Shown piece after piece: positions 54,115-64,000 of a DNA stretch of 64,000 nucleotides. The notes under the pieces were generated by a model that searched no databases, was not told where the DNA came from, and worked only from the letters and a program-made list of their open reading frames with translations. This stretch comes from Lepidodermella squamata (Eukaryota > Animalia > Gastrotricha): contig JBLDXI010000015.1 of assembly GCA_047495785.1 (NCBI GenBank), positions 5,152,915-5,216,914 of the forward strand. Direction: 5' to 3'. The position numbers and the translations under genes are program-made. Within the stretch, counting starts at the first letter, position 1. Every line of letters starts with the position of its first letter.

Positions 54115-54382
54115 TAGGAGAAATTAACAGGCTAATGCTTTTCTCTGCTTCTTTCAGCCATGGCGAGCCCTGGAAGTTCCAGTTATGACAGAAATTCGCA
54201 GTAGACGGAGGTGCTTTCGTATCTACTGTTCTACACTGGATCACCTATTCGACCTAAACACAATTCTGATAGTATGAAAACTGCGTGCCATCTATTGCTG
54301 GTTATTAAAGTCAAAGTTAATTCCTAGAAATAGAGCATTGAAGAGAGCTGTTTAGCATCTATAGCTGACCGGAAAGCGTGCC

Positions 54383-57300
54383 ATGAAGCCGTCGATCCCG
54401 TTCAACACGGCGTGGTGTGGCATACTATCGCTGTTCGTCAACATATGCCGTAAGTTCGCGAACAAATTTTCTTTATTCTTTCGCGATCGATTGTTCTATT
54501 CCGCTTCGTCTGGGCTTATTCGATTACTTGATATCGTCGTGGCGTTGTCTCGCCGTAATTTCTGTCGGCCTTTTAAGCATTGAATCTCGAAATTTCACTG
54601 ACATGCATTTTAAATTATTACGGTTGCTACCGAACAGCTTTCATGTCTCTCCTCATCCAAGCTTCTTGGTTTGGCATGTTCGACTCGACATCGGCCGCAG
54701 TGCCGGCGCCGCCTTTTGGCCCGCCCGCCAGCTTCAACGAAGCGATAGCGAGCACGTAGCTTTTAATTCTTGTTAATTTTGAAAGGAGTATGACAGTGGC
54801 CTAAAAGTTGCCTTGTTTGCGTGTGCCGTTTTTGCATTCGTTATAATGATTTGGTCAACTTATTGTGACTCATCGTAACGCCGTTCATTGTAGTGTGCCC
54901 ATTCGCCAAGAGCGAATTCCGTTTTTTAACTTACCTCTGATTGGAGATTTCCAGCCTGGGTGATGCGTATTTGGTGCATAACTTTCCTGTAGACTTTGTC
55001 ATACTTAGAAGTCGAAGCAGCCAGCCATTGCTAGACCAATTTTAGGTTTATAGACCACGAATTTGCAAATATTAGCTGCATCATTAACTTGGGTTTATTT
55101 GATAGGAAACAAAGCTTGTTTATTCAGTGTTGTCGGATGCCACTTAACTCTCAGTGATTCTTATTCATTTTTTCTTATATTCAGAGGGAAGCTTTCAAGA
55201 GGATCGACTCGTACGCTATCTGTTTTCGAACTACAGCAAATACAGCAAACCAACCTTTCACGAGAACGAAACAATCGTCATTCAAATGCGTCTTTTCTTT
55301 TTCAAAATTCACGACATCGTTAGCTAATAGCCTCTTCTGTATGATTTAACTGATCAGTAATTACTTCATGACAGGTTGAGAAGGATGAACTGATCGAAAC
55401 TACTGCTAGGCTTCAATTCGTAAGTTTCACGTTAGACTTTAAGGTTTTCATTCGGCTTTATATCTGCAAAATTAGCACGAAATCCTTTTAAAACCTGAAG
55501 GAATCAAGCTCATCAAAATTGATATGAAGACTTTTTCTAAATGCGGAAACTTTTCTTTTCAGCATTGGCGAGACAAAAGGTTCACATGGAAGGAAAATGA
55601 CTTCGGTAGCATCAACGAAATTTCGCTTCCCGCCAGCCTTGTATGGCTGCCCAACATTGAGCTGTTCAATAGCGCCACTGACTTCTACACCCTAACCCAG
55701 GACACGAGATTTTCCGTGAAAATACACTCAGATGGTACGGATTAAATATATACCTAAACCTTTAATGCTAAATAAATGTGTTGAAAATTTGCACTGTATC
55801 GTGTAGGCTCCTTCTGGTGGCACCCAACTGGAAATTTTGCCACCAGGTGTCAGCTCCAACTTCGTTACTTTCCATTCGACCACCAAACTTGTGAATACAT
55901 ATTCGAATCTTCGCTGCTCACTGCCGACAAAATGCAGCTAATTATTAGAAGGCAAATCGATTTGAATCTTTATAATCTCCGCTCCCACAATTCTGTGGCG
56001 AGAAGGAGAGCATCCTTTTCCTCTAAATCTACTAAATCTACTTTGGAGGAAAATTTAAAATTTGACTTTTGCAGAAACAAACCAGCCATTGACTTCCTGC
56101 ACTACATAAAATCCGGCAAATACGAATTGCTGGGTGCCGGTGGCAAAAACTACATACGTAACGTCAGCAAGTCGACAGCCTTCTCTGGAGTCGCGTTTCA
56201 CGTGAAATTTCGGCGGAAAAAAACTTTCTACGTGTTGAACATTATACTGCCGCTGATTGTCCTCGCTGTGCTACAACTAACTACGTTCTTTCTTCCAGCT
56301 GGTAAGTTTTCAAAGAATGCTTGAGATGGAACTGTAATTTTTGCAGCTGCCTAGAGCATGCGAATTAAGTTATCAAGCTAGCAACCCTTTCAGCTTGTTT
56401 TTGTATCCCATACCTTTGATGGCTTGTAACTTACTTCCTCTGATATTAAACTACAGCGATGAAAGCAGGTCTGTTGGGAACAAGATTTGAAGCTTTCCTG
56501 ACAAAGTTTACTAACCTGCTGGAGTACTGAGTGGATTTACAGATAACCGATCACATCTGCGTGGTTAGCAATCAGCACATAGCATAATAGACTGGCAATT
56601 TAACATAAGAATAACAGTGTCTAATAACTATTAACACTATTACTCATACTCTTTGCCCTTGTGAGCAATACTACAAGAGTACGTGCGCGTAATAATAGTA
56701 TGGGCCATTTGCGCGAGCTTTCCGAATCTGTAAAAAAAATTTCTCATCATAGCAAAAAAAGTTACCTCAAGAAAACTATGCATGGTCGCCTGGCTCGCGC
56801 TATGTACGCGCGCTAATTTGTACCTACTATTTTAGTATTCATCACAAGACCGTTTCCAGGTGTAACTACAGATTTAAGGATAGCTGTGTACTTCTCAGAG
56901 CCTGTTGGCGTTTAAAACCTTATCCATATTTTCGTTTTTCGTTCGTATCGGCTCGCTGATGGCTTAATTAAATGAGCTGCACTGCAATACCGAGTTAACT
57001 TGATTCAGATATGAAAATTGACTAACATAAACTTGGCAGCTTTTGTTATTAACAAATGCTTGGTTTTCGATGATTTCTAATCACCAGGTACAGGTAACTA
57101 TGTGTTTATGCGATCAAACCTTTATGTTAGGAACATTTGGTAGTCGATAGTTGATAGCCCAAGAATGAACAGAATACGTTGAACGATGAGCATTTTCCAA
57201 TTTAACCTACAGTTTATGAAGGTTGTGTCTACCGATCCGATGATGAAATAATGCTGTAGTAGGCATGCTTTGGTAACCTTTTAATTAGCATGAATTTAAT

Positions 57301-58660
57301 TAATTGCTGAGCCAAAGTTTGATTCAATCCAATTTTAGAACGAAGTCTATTTCTTCTTTTTTGCTAGCAAACGACTAAATGACTGCTACATATGTTAATA
57401 GATGATATCAACAGAGTCCAGCAATCAACCACAGTGTTGCTCGCCATCGTCGTCTTCCAGACTATTGCCATCCAAGAGTTGCCTCGCATTTCTGATTCTG
57501 TTCCTTTATTGTGTAAGTTTTTATCAACATTTCTTCCACCTTCTTGTTACTCATGCTTCAATTCCTTTGTACCATTTGATCAATTTAGGCGTATACGTCG
57601 GAATCATCACGCTGTTATCTGCGCTTGTTATCGCCGAGTCAATCGTAGTCGGCGGCATGCTTCGCTGCACCCGCTCAATGCCCATTTGGCTGCGCTACTT
57701 CTTCGCCGTAGACGATCGACGCCACTCAGCCGCGACCAACGCCAAGCGTCACGCCGCGAAAGCAGCGGCTGCAGCGGCAGCGGCGGCAGCTTCCGGTGGT
57801 GAGGCAGGTCCCGGTAGTAAAGTCGGGGAAACAGACTTATCCAACGCCGAAAACCAGAAAAAATCGAAAAACTCACAATCTTCACCGAGGTAACTACTTT
57901 TCTTCACTTGACACTTATTAAGGCATCTATTCAGCATCTGCAGTACACTCAGATAACTGGCAATACGTATCCAATACATATATTCCAACGAATATTTAGC
58001 TGATGATGATTTAGTTTTAGCTTAAGACCCCAGGACCTAAGAATGCGTGTGGGGTTTCTATATCACAGGCACTTGCGTTGAAGATCGAAGATGTCCTTAA
58101 AATGTTTGGGTTTGAAAACTCCTTAAATTTGCCGCTGATTTATTGAACTTGAATATTGATGTTAAATGTTTGTAATTCTTAGCCGCTCGCCTACAAGCAA
58201 GCGTCGAAGTGTTGGCGCCGAAGGTAATGCCATGCCAGGCAACGGCAATGCGCAAAGTAACTCATTCCGGCAAGGCGTGCCCCATGTGCGTTGAAATGTA
58301 CACGTTTTCGCTGCATTTATGATTTAATTGATTGCTTTATAGTCTCCTATGGTTGTGGATGTAACTGACGACAATGCCGAGTCGATGCTTCTTGAAGAGG
58401 CCGTATGGGTACGCCAGCAGCAAGAACGTGTAGCTCGCATCTCGGCGAAAAGCCGAAGACGGCGTGCACAACGCCACTTGGCTCGCTTGACAGAAAGCCC
58501 GGAACTTTCGGTTATCAGGCGCGAGTGGAAACGCTTGGCGATGGCCTGCGATTGGGTCATGTTCGTTATTTGCACAGTGATAGTCGGTTTTACTCCTGTC
58601 ATCATGTTCGTGTGGATGCCGCTGTGCGAGCCCGACAAAGTATTTTCCGAATACATCTAA
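54383..58660 (+). CDS. nAChR-like Cys-loop ligand-gated ion channel subunit (non-alpha, atypical)
   Basis: Signal exon 54383-54449 splices to QGSFQEDRLVRYLF. Then WRDKRFTW, WLPNIELFN, Cys-loop CQLQLRYFPFDHQTC, RRKKTFYVLNIILP (M1), TTVLLAIVVF..LPRISDSVPLL (M2-M3) and EWKRLAMACDW (M4). Confidence 0.92.
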
Positions 58661-59160
58661 ACAGTTCGAGATCCTTCTATCCTGTTTCACTCCTCCAATC
58701 AACGCAAGATCTCGAAAAATGCAACTTGCTTTATTTTCTTGCAGTAAAAAGTAGGCGAAGCGCGGAAGCCTAGCACGAGTATCATTTCAAAAAAGATGTT
58801 GGGTTTGATCGACTTCGAATAGTATGCCGTAACAGTCAACGAATAATTGTTAAAAATGACTGCTATTTATTCTCGATCACAACTCTCTCAGCACGTCACA
58901 AAGATTCCTCTAACTTGCGTTCATTTTTTACTGGAATGTCGAATTGAAGAAGAAATAAACAAGACAGAAATGTTATGTATCTTCTCTACATTCTTTCCCA
59001 GGTGGGTGTTGTAGGGTTGGGCAGGCTGTCTTAAGGATGCTACACCCGTCTGGACCTCGAGGGTGCCCTGCGTCATCGAATTTGCTTGCCATTAGTAATA
59101 ATGCAGTAACATGCAGAAATGACCTTCGCGAATTCAAATACTTAAAGGTTTGAGTTGATC

Positions 59161-59198
59161 GGGTTAGGGTTAGGGTTAGGGTTAGGGTTAGGGTTAGG
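59161..59198 (+). repeat. Interstitial telomeric array (GGGTTA)6
   Basis: Read directly from the sequence. Confidence 0.95.
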
Positions 59199-59324
59199 AG
59201 AGAATTACCAGACAGGTAGCCTAAGCACCCCGGCAGTTAGCTCTAATGCTACTTGAGACGCAGTTAATCTCGAAAAATAGCGGAAAATCCCTTTCCTATT
59301 ATGAAAATGACTATCAATCCACAA

Positions 59325-59408
59325 ATAGGGATAGAGATAGAGATAGGGATGGAGATAGAGATAGGGATAGGGATAGGGATAGAGATAGGGATAGAGATAG
59401 GGATAGGG
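59325..59408 (+). repeat. (GATAGG/GATAGA)~14 hexamer microsatellite
   Basis: Read directly; it explains the DRDRDR and IPIPIS ORFs. Confidence 0.95.
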
Positions 59409-59718
59409 ACGAAAACGTCACAAATCCTCTCTATCGTTAAATAATCTCTAAAAATGAAATGGAAAGGCACAATTTACCTCAGTTTTGGCAAAGGTGTTGG
59501 TAGAGTCGATCTCGCTGTGGACGGAATTACTTTCAGTAATATTCTTCTAAAAAAGAGAACATAACAATTTTATTATTGAGCAAAACAGTAGAGATGACGC
59601 TAATTGCGCTCAAAAATGCGACATGCCTCTAGTGAGAACATGGCATAAATGAAATGGCCACCCATAAAGGGAAGCTTATAATAATTTTAGCACCCGTCTG
59701 GGTAGTAAAATGGACAAT

Positions 59719-59757
59719 GGGTTAGGGTTAGGGTTAGGGTTGGGGTTAGTAGGGTTA
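59719..59757 (+). repeat. Interstitial telomeric array with variant units
   Basis: (GGGTTA)3 GGGTTG GGGTTA GTA GGGTTA. Confidence 0.95.
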
Positions 59758-60072
59758 CTACGGTCCTTCGGTTCATCAAATTGAGCTAGCTGTTCAAGCA
59801 AAACTTGCCACCCGCAGACAATGTTGTCTCGCAGGCTTTTGCCCAACCCCGAGGCTCAGAAACAAATAAGAAAAAAGAAAAATCGAAAATATTGTTTCTC
59901 GCCCTGACTGGGAGTCGATCCTACGACGGGTTTCTGTAAAAAATAGATTTGCGTCAAATTTTGGCTATAGAAAGCCCTTGATTTTCTGGGGTCTCTTGGA
60001 TATTATAAAAAACTTCAACAACCGCTCGTTTCAGGTCGCGGGAGGACCCGACGGGGCACTATGACCCCATGC

Positions 60073-62440
60073 CGATCGTGGCGCAGCATAAGGTCATAAC
60101 TCATTTCTTTCCCCGAAAACCACCAAAATTTCACTAGAAAAAACAGCAAATCGTTCTTGGACTCGATTCTCGAAGTTTTACATGTTGCGCTAATTTCAGC
60201 GATTTTTAGGGTGGCGTTAATTGATACCGTTCGATATCAATGGCACTAATAAATGAACTGTGCTTTCGCATGTAATACAATGCGAGTGTGTGTGTTCATA
60301 ATAAATGGATAGCGCTGTTAACGTATAATATATGATTAGTGCGGTTTTGCGATGGTAGCGCATTTGTATAAGAGGGTAACAGGCGCGGTAAGTTGGTATA
60401 GCGGGTGAAACCAGGAGACACTAACAGTTCCCCCGAGATAAACCATAGTTCCAGAATTCCAATGATGATGTCATTTTGATTGAAAAGTCTTCAAACGAAA
60501 CACCATTTTGAACAGCCCTAGCCCGAATCGGTTTCGCTGCTGCTATCGCCATCAAATAGGTAAATAAAATAAATTCAGCACCAAACAATCGCTGAGCTCG
60601 CGGAGAGGAACAAAGCAACAGTTTTACAATAATTTCTTATTTTATTTCCATCCTTCATCAATACGAGATAACTGGTGAAATCATCGTAATTATCATAAAT
60701 ACTCTGTTCTTGAGCAGTTCAAACCGGTTTTCAAGACGGACGAAGTTTAGATCATCTATCGAACTGCATTGCTAGACATATAGGATTGGATCAATGTAAA
60801 TCTACTGGGCATTTATGGCTTTATTCAGCTCGGAAACCATCCAGGGTACACGTTAAAGCCGCTAAAATGGCCAGGCTTGCCAAAACCAGCCGGACTTTTG
60901 CAATAGCTACTTTTTCCGCGAAGAAGCTCGACTTTTCGCCATACTCCGGGCTTCGATCAGTTAGGCCCACCCACAATGGCTGGAAGCCCTCCTTGATTGC
61001 CGTAGATCCTTTTATTTTGTTTGCCGATGATTAAAGTGCTTCGACCACCGTGTTTATCATTTAATTTCCACCGCCATTTGCTGCTGGTTCAAAGGAACAG
61101 TAGCTTGTAGCAATCGTTCGCGAACGTTGTAGTTTCGAGTTTCGACGACATTTTCTTCGGGTCCTCATTTTTTAAATCAAATACGAATCAGCTAAGAGAT
61201 AGCAAGAGGTAGGTTTGATGAATTCGTTTTCACCAATCGAAGCAAAGGCCGATGTTGTGCAATGGATTGCGAGCTATGAGCGCGACCCCGATTGAGCTTC
61301 GATGGGGCGAATAAGTCAAGATTGTCCATTATGACCGACACATTTGTCAGCAATCCGGTACTAATTTGCGATAGAGAAGGCTTGGAGATTATTGAATCCG
61401 ATTGCTGGCGGATGCATTTTCACAGCCAAAAACTCCAGATCATTAAATTATATAATAACAGGCTAGCCCTGAGTCCGAATCACGAAATCGATTGAGTCTT
61501 TAAGGGGGCAGTTGGAAAGCTGACAACGCAATAGCTCAAAACCCGACTTCACGGTGGGTCCACCACATTCAATTTCAACGGTCAAAGGTCACAAACATAG
61601 CAAGGTCGGAGAGGCCAAGGCACTTTGATTATATCGGATGCCGATGCGATAAAAGCGTATCACCTGTCCAGAGTTAATGTTGGAGCGGTTGTAGTATAAA
61701 CGGAGAGGCGCAAGCTTGGTGGAGGCGAGAGCCTTGAGCTGCGATAGTTTCCGATAAATTCGCACGCCATAAATGGCAGAAGTAAAAAATTACGTGTAAC
61801 AACCTAAATCAAGAGATACAAGCGTGTGAGCAACATGAAATTAAGGAATTAAGAGCCGAAAAGAATCGCGAAGAGTCACTTTCGAGTGAACAGAGGATGT
61901 TGGGTATTTCCTTCTCGTTGTAAGTCTCTACTCGGAGGAAAGAATTGTTCTCGATGTGCCGAGGTAGTAGCTCAAAACAGTCAATTTTTCGTATGATGGC
62001 ACCGAACATTCGCTACCTAATATTTCGTTAAACTCGAACAGTTGCCAGTTCGGCCGTGAGCCATAATCCCGAGCCAGGGTTCCCGCTGGTTTAGCTTCGC
62101 CCAATTGATTTTCAGCCTCGAACCGATTAATAAATGGCGCAAAGTACGTGCTTGATCATGGCTTCAGCATTTGGTAGTTGGCTAGGGTTCCTTTCCGAAT
62201 TATTGACTCCGATCGCCGGCTGGCCGACGCATTTTCGTTACCAGCAACCCCAGATCATCATCAAAAGCCAGGCTAGCGCTGAGTCAGAATCCCGAGGAAA
62301 TCGAATTATTCTTTGAGCCGGCAGCTGTTTGAAGCTGGGTGGAGACGTGAGCTGCGAAAGTTAGCGAGACATTCGAACGTCACAATTGGAGGTAAAAAAT
62401 AAGTTCATATACCTAAATCAAGAGATATAAACGTGTGATC
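60073..62440 (-). mobile_element. Second, truncated and diverged copy of the 27-bp-TIR element
   Basis: The first 38 bp are identical to the reverse complement of 22411-22448. Patchy similarity to 20255-22448 continues until a telomeric array at 62441. Confidence 0.85.
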
Positions 62441-62474
62441 AGGGTTAGGGTTAGGGTTAGGGTTAGTAGGGTTA
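62441..62474 (+). repeat. Interstitial telomeric array
   Basis: A(GGGTTA)4 GTA GGGTTA, with the same downstream junction as 59743-59757. Confidence 0.95.
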
Positions 62475-63193
62475 CTACGGTCCTTCGGTTCATCAAATTG
62501 AGCTAGCTGTTCAAGCAAAACTTGCCACCCGCAGACAATGTTGTCTCGCAGGTTTTTGCCGTTCATGGCGAACAGCGCAGCTTTCCATGCGGTGACAAAG
62601 TTCTCCCTCGACACGCCCAAGTTGACATTGCGCATCTGACGGATTGCTTGCACGGTGCTGCCTTGACGACACGCCCTTGTTGAACGCGCGGGCGGCGTAG
62701 TCGGCTGTTTCGGCGGGGTTGGCACAGCCCCTGAACGCATCTGACGCGTCGTCGTACACGGCGTGGGCGGCTACGGAGCGAGCGTACCCCGAACGAGTAC
62801 GGAGTTCGCTGATGGCCTTGTTGACCCCGCTGGTCCCGGACTTGTACGACGTCGGCGTTGAGCGAATCTGAGGGAAACAATTTGTACATATTTTTAACTA
62901 AATTATTTTCATGTGCTGTGTGACCACCGCAGTTGGTGGCCGTGCTAATACGAGCTCGAATGACAAAATGATTAATAAAGGATTCAAGCTTCTCTGAGTA
63001 TCGCTCGAGGATGAGCCGACGATACTTGTCGTCGCGTTGCTGACGGTCGACCGGCTTGGTCTGAGCGGGCTGGGGCATGCCTCGACTGTTGTCTAGGCGG
63101 AGAGCGCTGCCTTGGCTCGGGACGAAAGCGGCCTTGACCGTTGTGGCGTTGAGCTTGAGCGCGTTGCTCGGGCTCGGGACGATGGCGAACTTG

Positions 63194-63389
63194 GTCTTCC
63201 CGGCGTTGAACTGGTCGGCGCTGATGCGCTAAACGACCGGCTACCGCCGAGTTGACGCGGTCTTCCTGGCGTTGAACTGGTCGGCGCTGATGCGCTAAAC
63301 GACCGGCTGCCGCCGAGTTGACACTGTCTTCCTGGCGTTGAACTGGTCGGCGCTGATGCGCTAAACGACCGGCTACCGCCGAGTTGACG
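63194..63389. repeat. Three tandem 66-bp GC-rich units
   Basis: Near-identical units start at 63194, 63260 and 63326. Confidence 0.92.
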
Positions 63390-63893
63390 AAGTTGTAGCG
63401 AAAGTGGCCTGTGTTAGACCGCCTTGCTGGTTCGTAGTTGGCCGATGTGACTCCCAGTCAGGGCGAGAAAACAATATTTTCGATTTTTCTTTTTTCTTAT
63501 TTGTTTCTGAGCCTCGGGGTTGGGCAAAAACCTGCGAGACAACATTGTCTGCGGGTGGCAAGTTTTGCTTGAACAGCTAGCTCAATTTGATGAACCGAAG
63601 GACCGTAGTAAACCCTACTAACCCTAACCCTAACCCTAACCCTGATCACACGTTTATATCTCTTGATTTAGGTATATGAACTTATTTTTTACCTCCAATT
63701 GTGACGTTCGAATGTCTCGCTAACTTTCGCAGCTCACGTCTCCACCCAGCTTCAAACAGCTGCCGGCTCAAAGAATAATTCGATTTCCTCGGGATTCTGA
63801 CTCAGCGCTAGCCTGGCTTTTGATGATGATCTGGGGTTGCTGGTAACGAAAATGCGTCGGCCAGCCGGCGATCGGAGTCAATAATTTTACGGT

Positions 63894-63957
63894 GGGTTAG
63901 GGTTAGGGTTAGGGTTAGGGTTAGGGTTAGGGTTAGGGTTATGGGTTATTAGGGTTA
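63894..63957 (+). repeat. Telomeric array (GGGTTA)8 plus variant units
   Basis: Read directly; followed by non-telomeric CTGTGGTCC. Confidence 0.95.
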
Positions 63958-64000
63958 CTGTGGTCCTCCTGTGCTGTTTCTCTACTCTCACGAGATGTGT

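Larger units (their letters stand above)
62198..63886. repeat. Near-perfect inverted repeat; arms 62198-62560 and 63523-63886
   Basis: By eye the arms are reverse complements with one 1-bp indel. The right arm includes a CCCTAA-strand array at about 63609-63642. Confidence 0.9.

Noticed and set aside
59246-59470. DR-repeat and IP-repeat ORFs
   Set aside because: These are translations of the GATAGR microsatellite.
63194-63389. CRISPR-like array
   Set aside because: Contiguous tandem units with no unique spacers, in a eukaryotic context.
63580-63615. TTGATGA..CGAA next to telomeric repeats as a Penelope-type hammerhead
   Set aside because: The core deviates (no CUGA, no GAAA) and the stems cannot be built.

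Overview
Compact, intron-rich animal genomic DNA with mostly 45-70 nt introns and TTAGGG repeats. The ciliary genes CAPS2 and CCDC13 suggest a ciliated invertebrate (inference). Host genes were rebuilt by hand-splicing: CRAMP1 (runs off the window), UPRT, CAPS2, a divergent SLC18/VMAT-like transporter, riboflavin kinase, CCDC13, PICALM/AP180, a SOL-1-like multi-CUB protein and an atypical nAChR-like Cys-loop subunit. An 8-exon gene at 25762-26699, almost invisible to the ORF track, encodes a 168-aa prepropeptide with GKR and RTKR sites and two amphipathic helical products. 9.6-23.8 kb is a nest of mobile elements. A Tc1/mariner-type TIR element holds a MULE-like element. A gag-protease-only LTR element is split by an unclassified 6.3-kb element (27-bp TIR, 4-bp TSD), which itself holds a hAT MITE and a 28S rDNA fragment. 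The last 5 kb is a subtelomere-like mosaic. It has five short TTAGGG arrays at segment junctions, a second truncated copy of the 27-bp-TIR element and a near-perfect ~363-bp inverted repeat. All family assignments come from recalled motifs; no searches were run.
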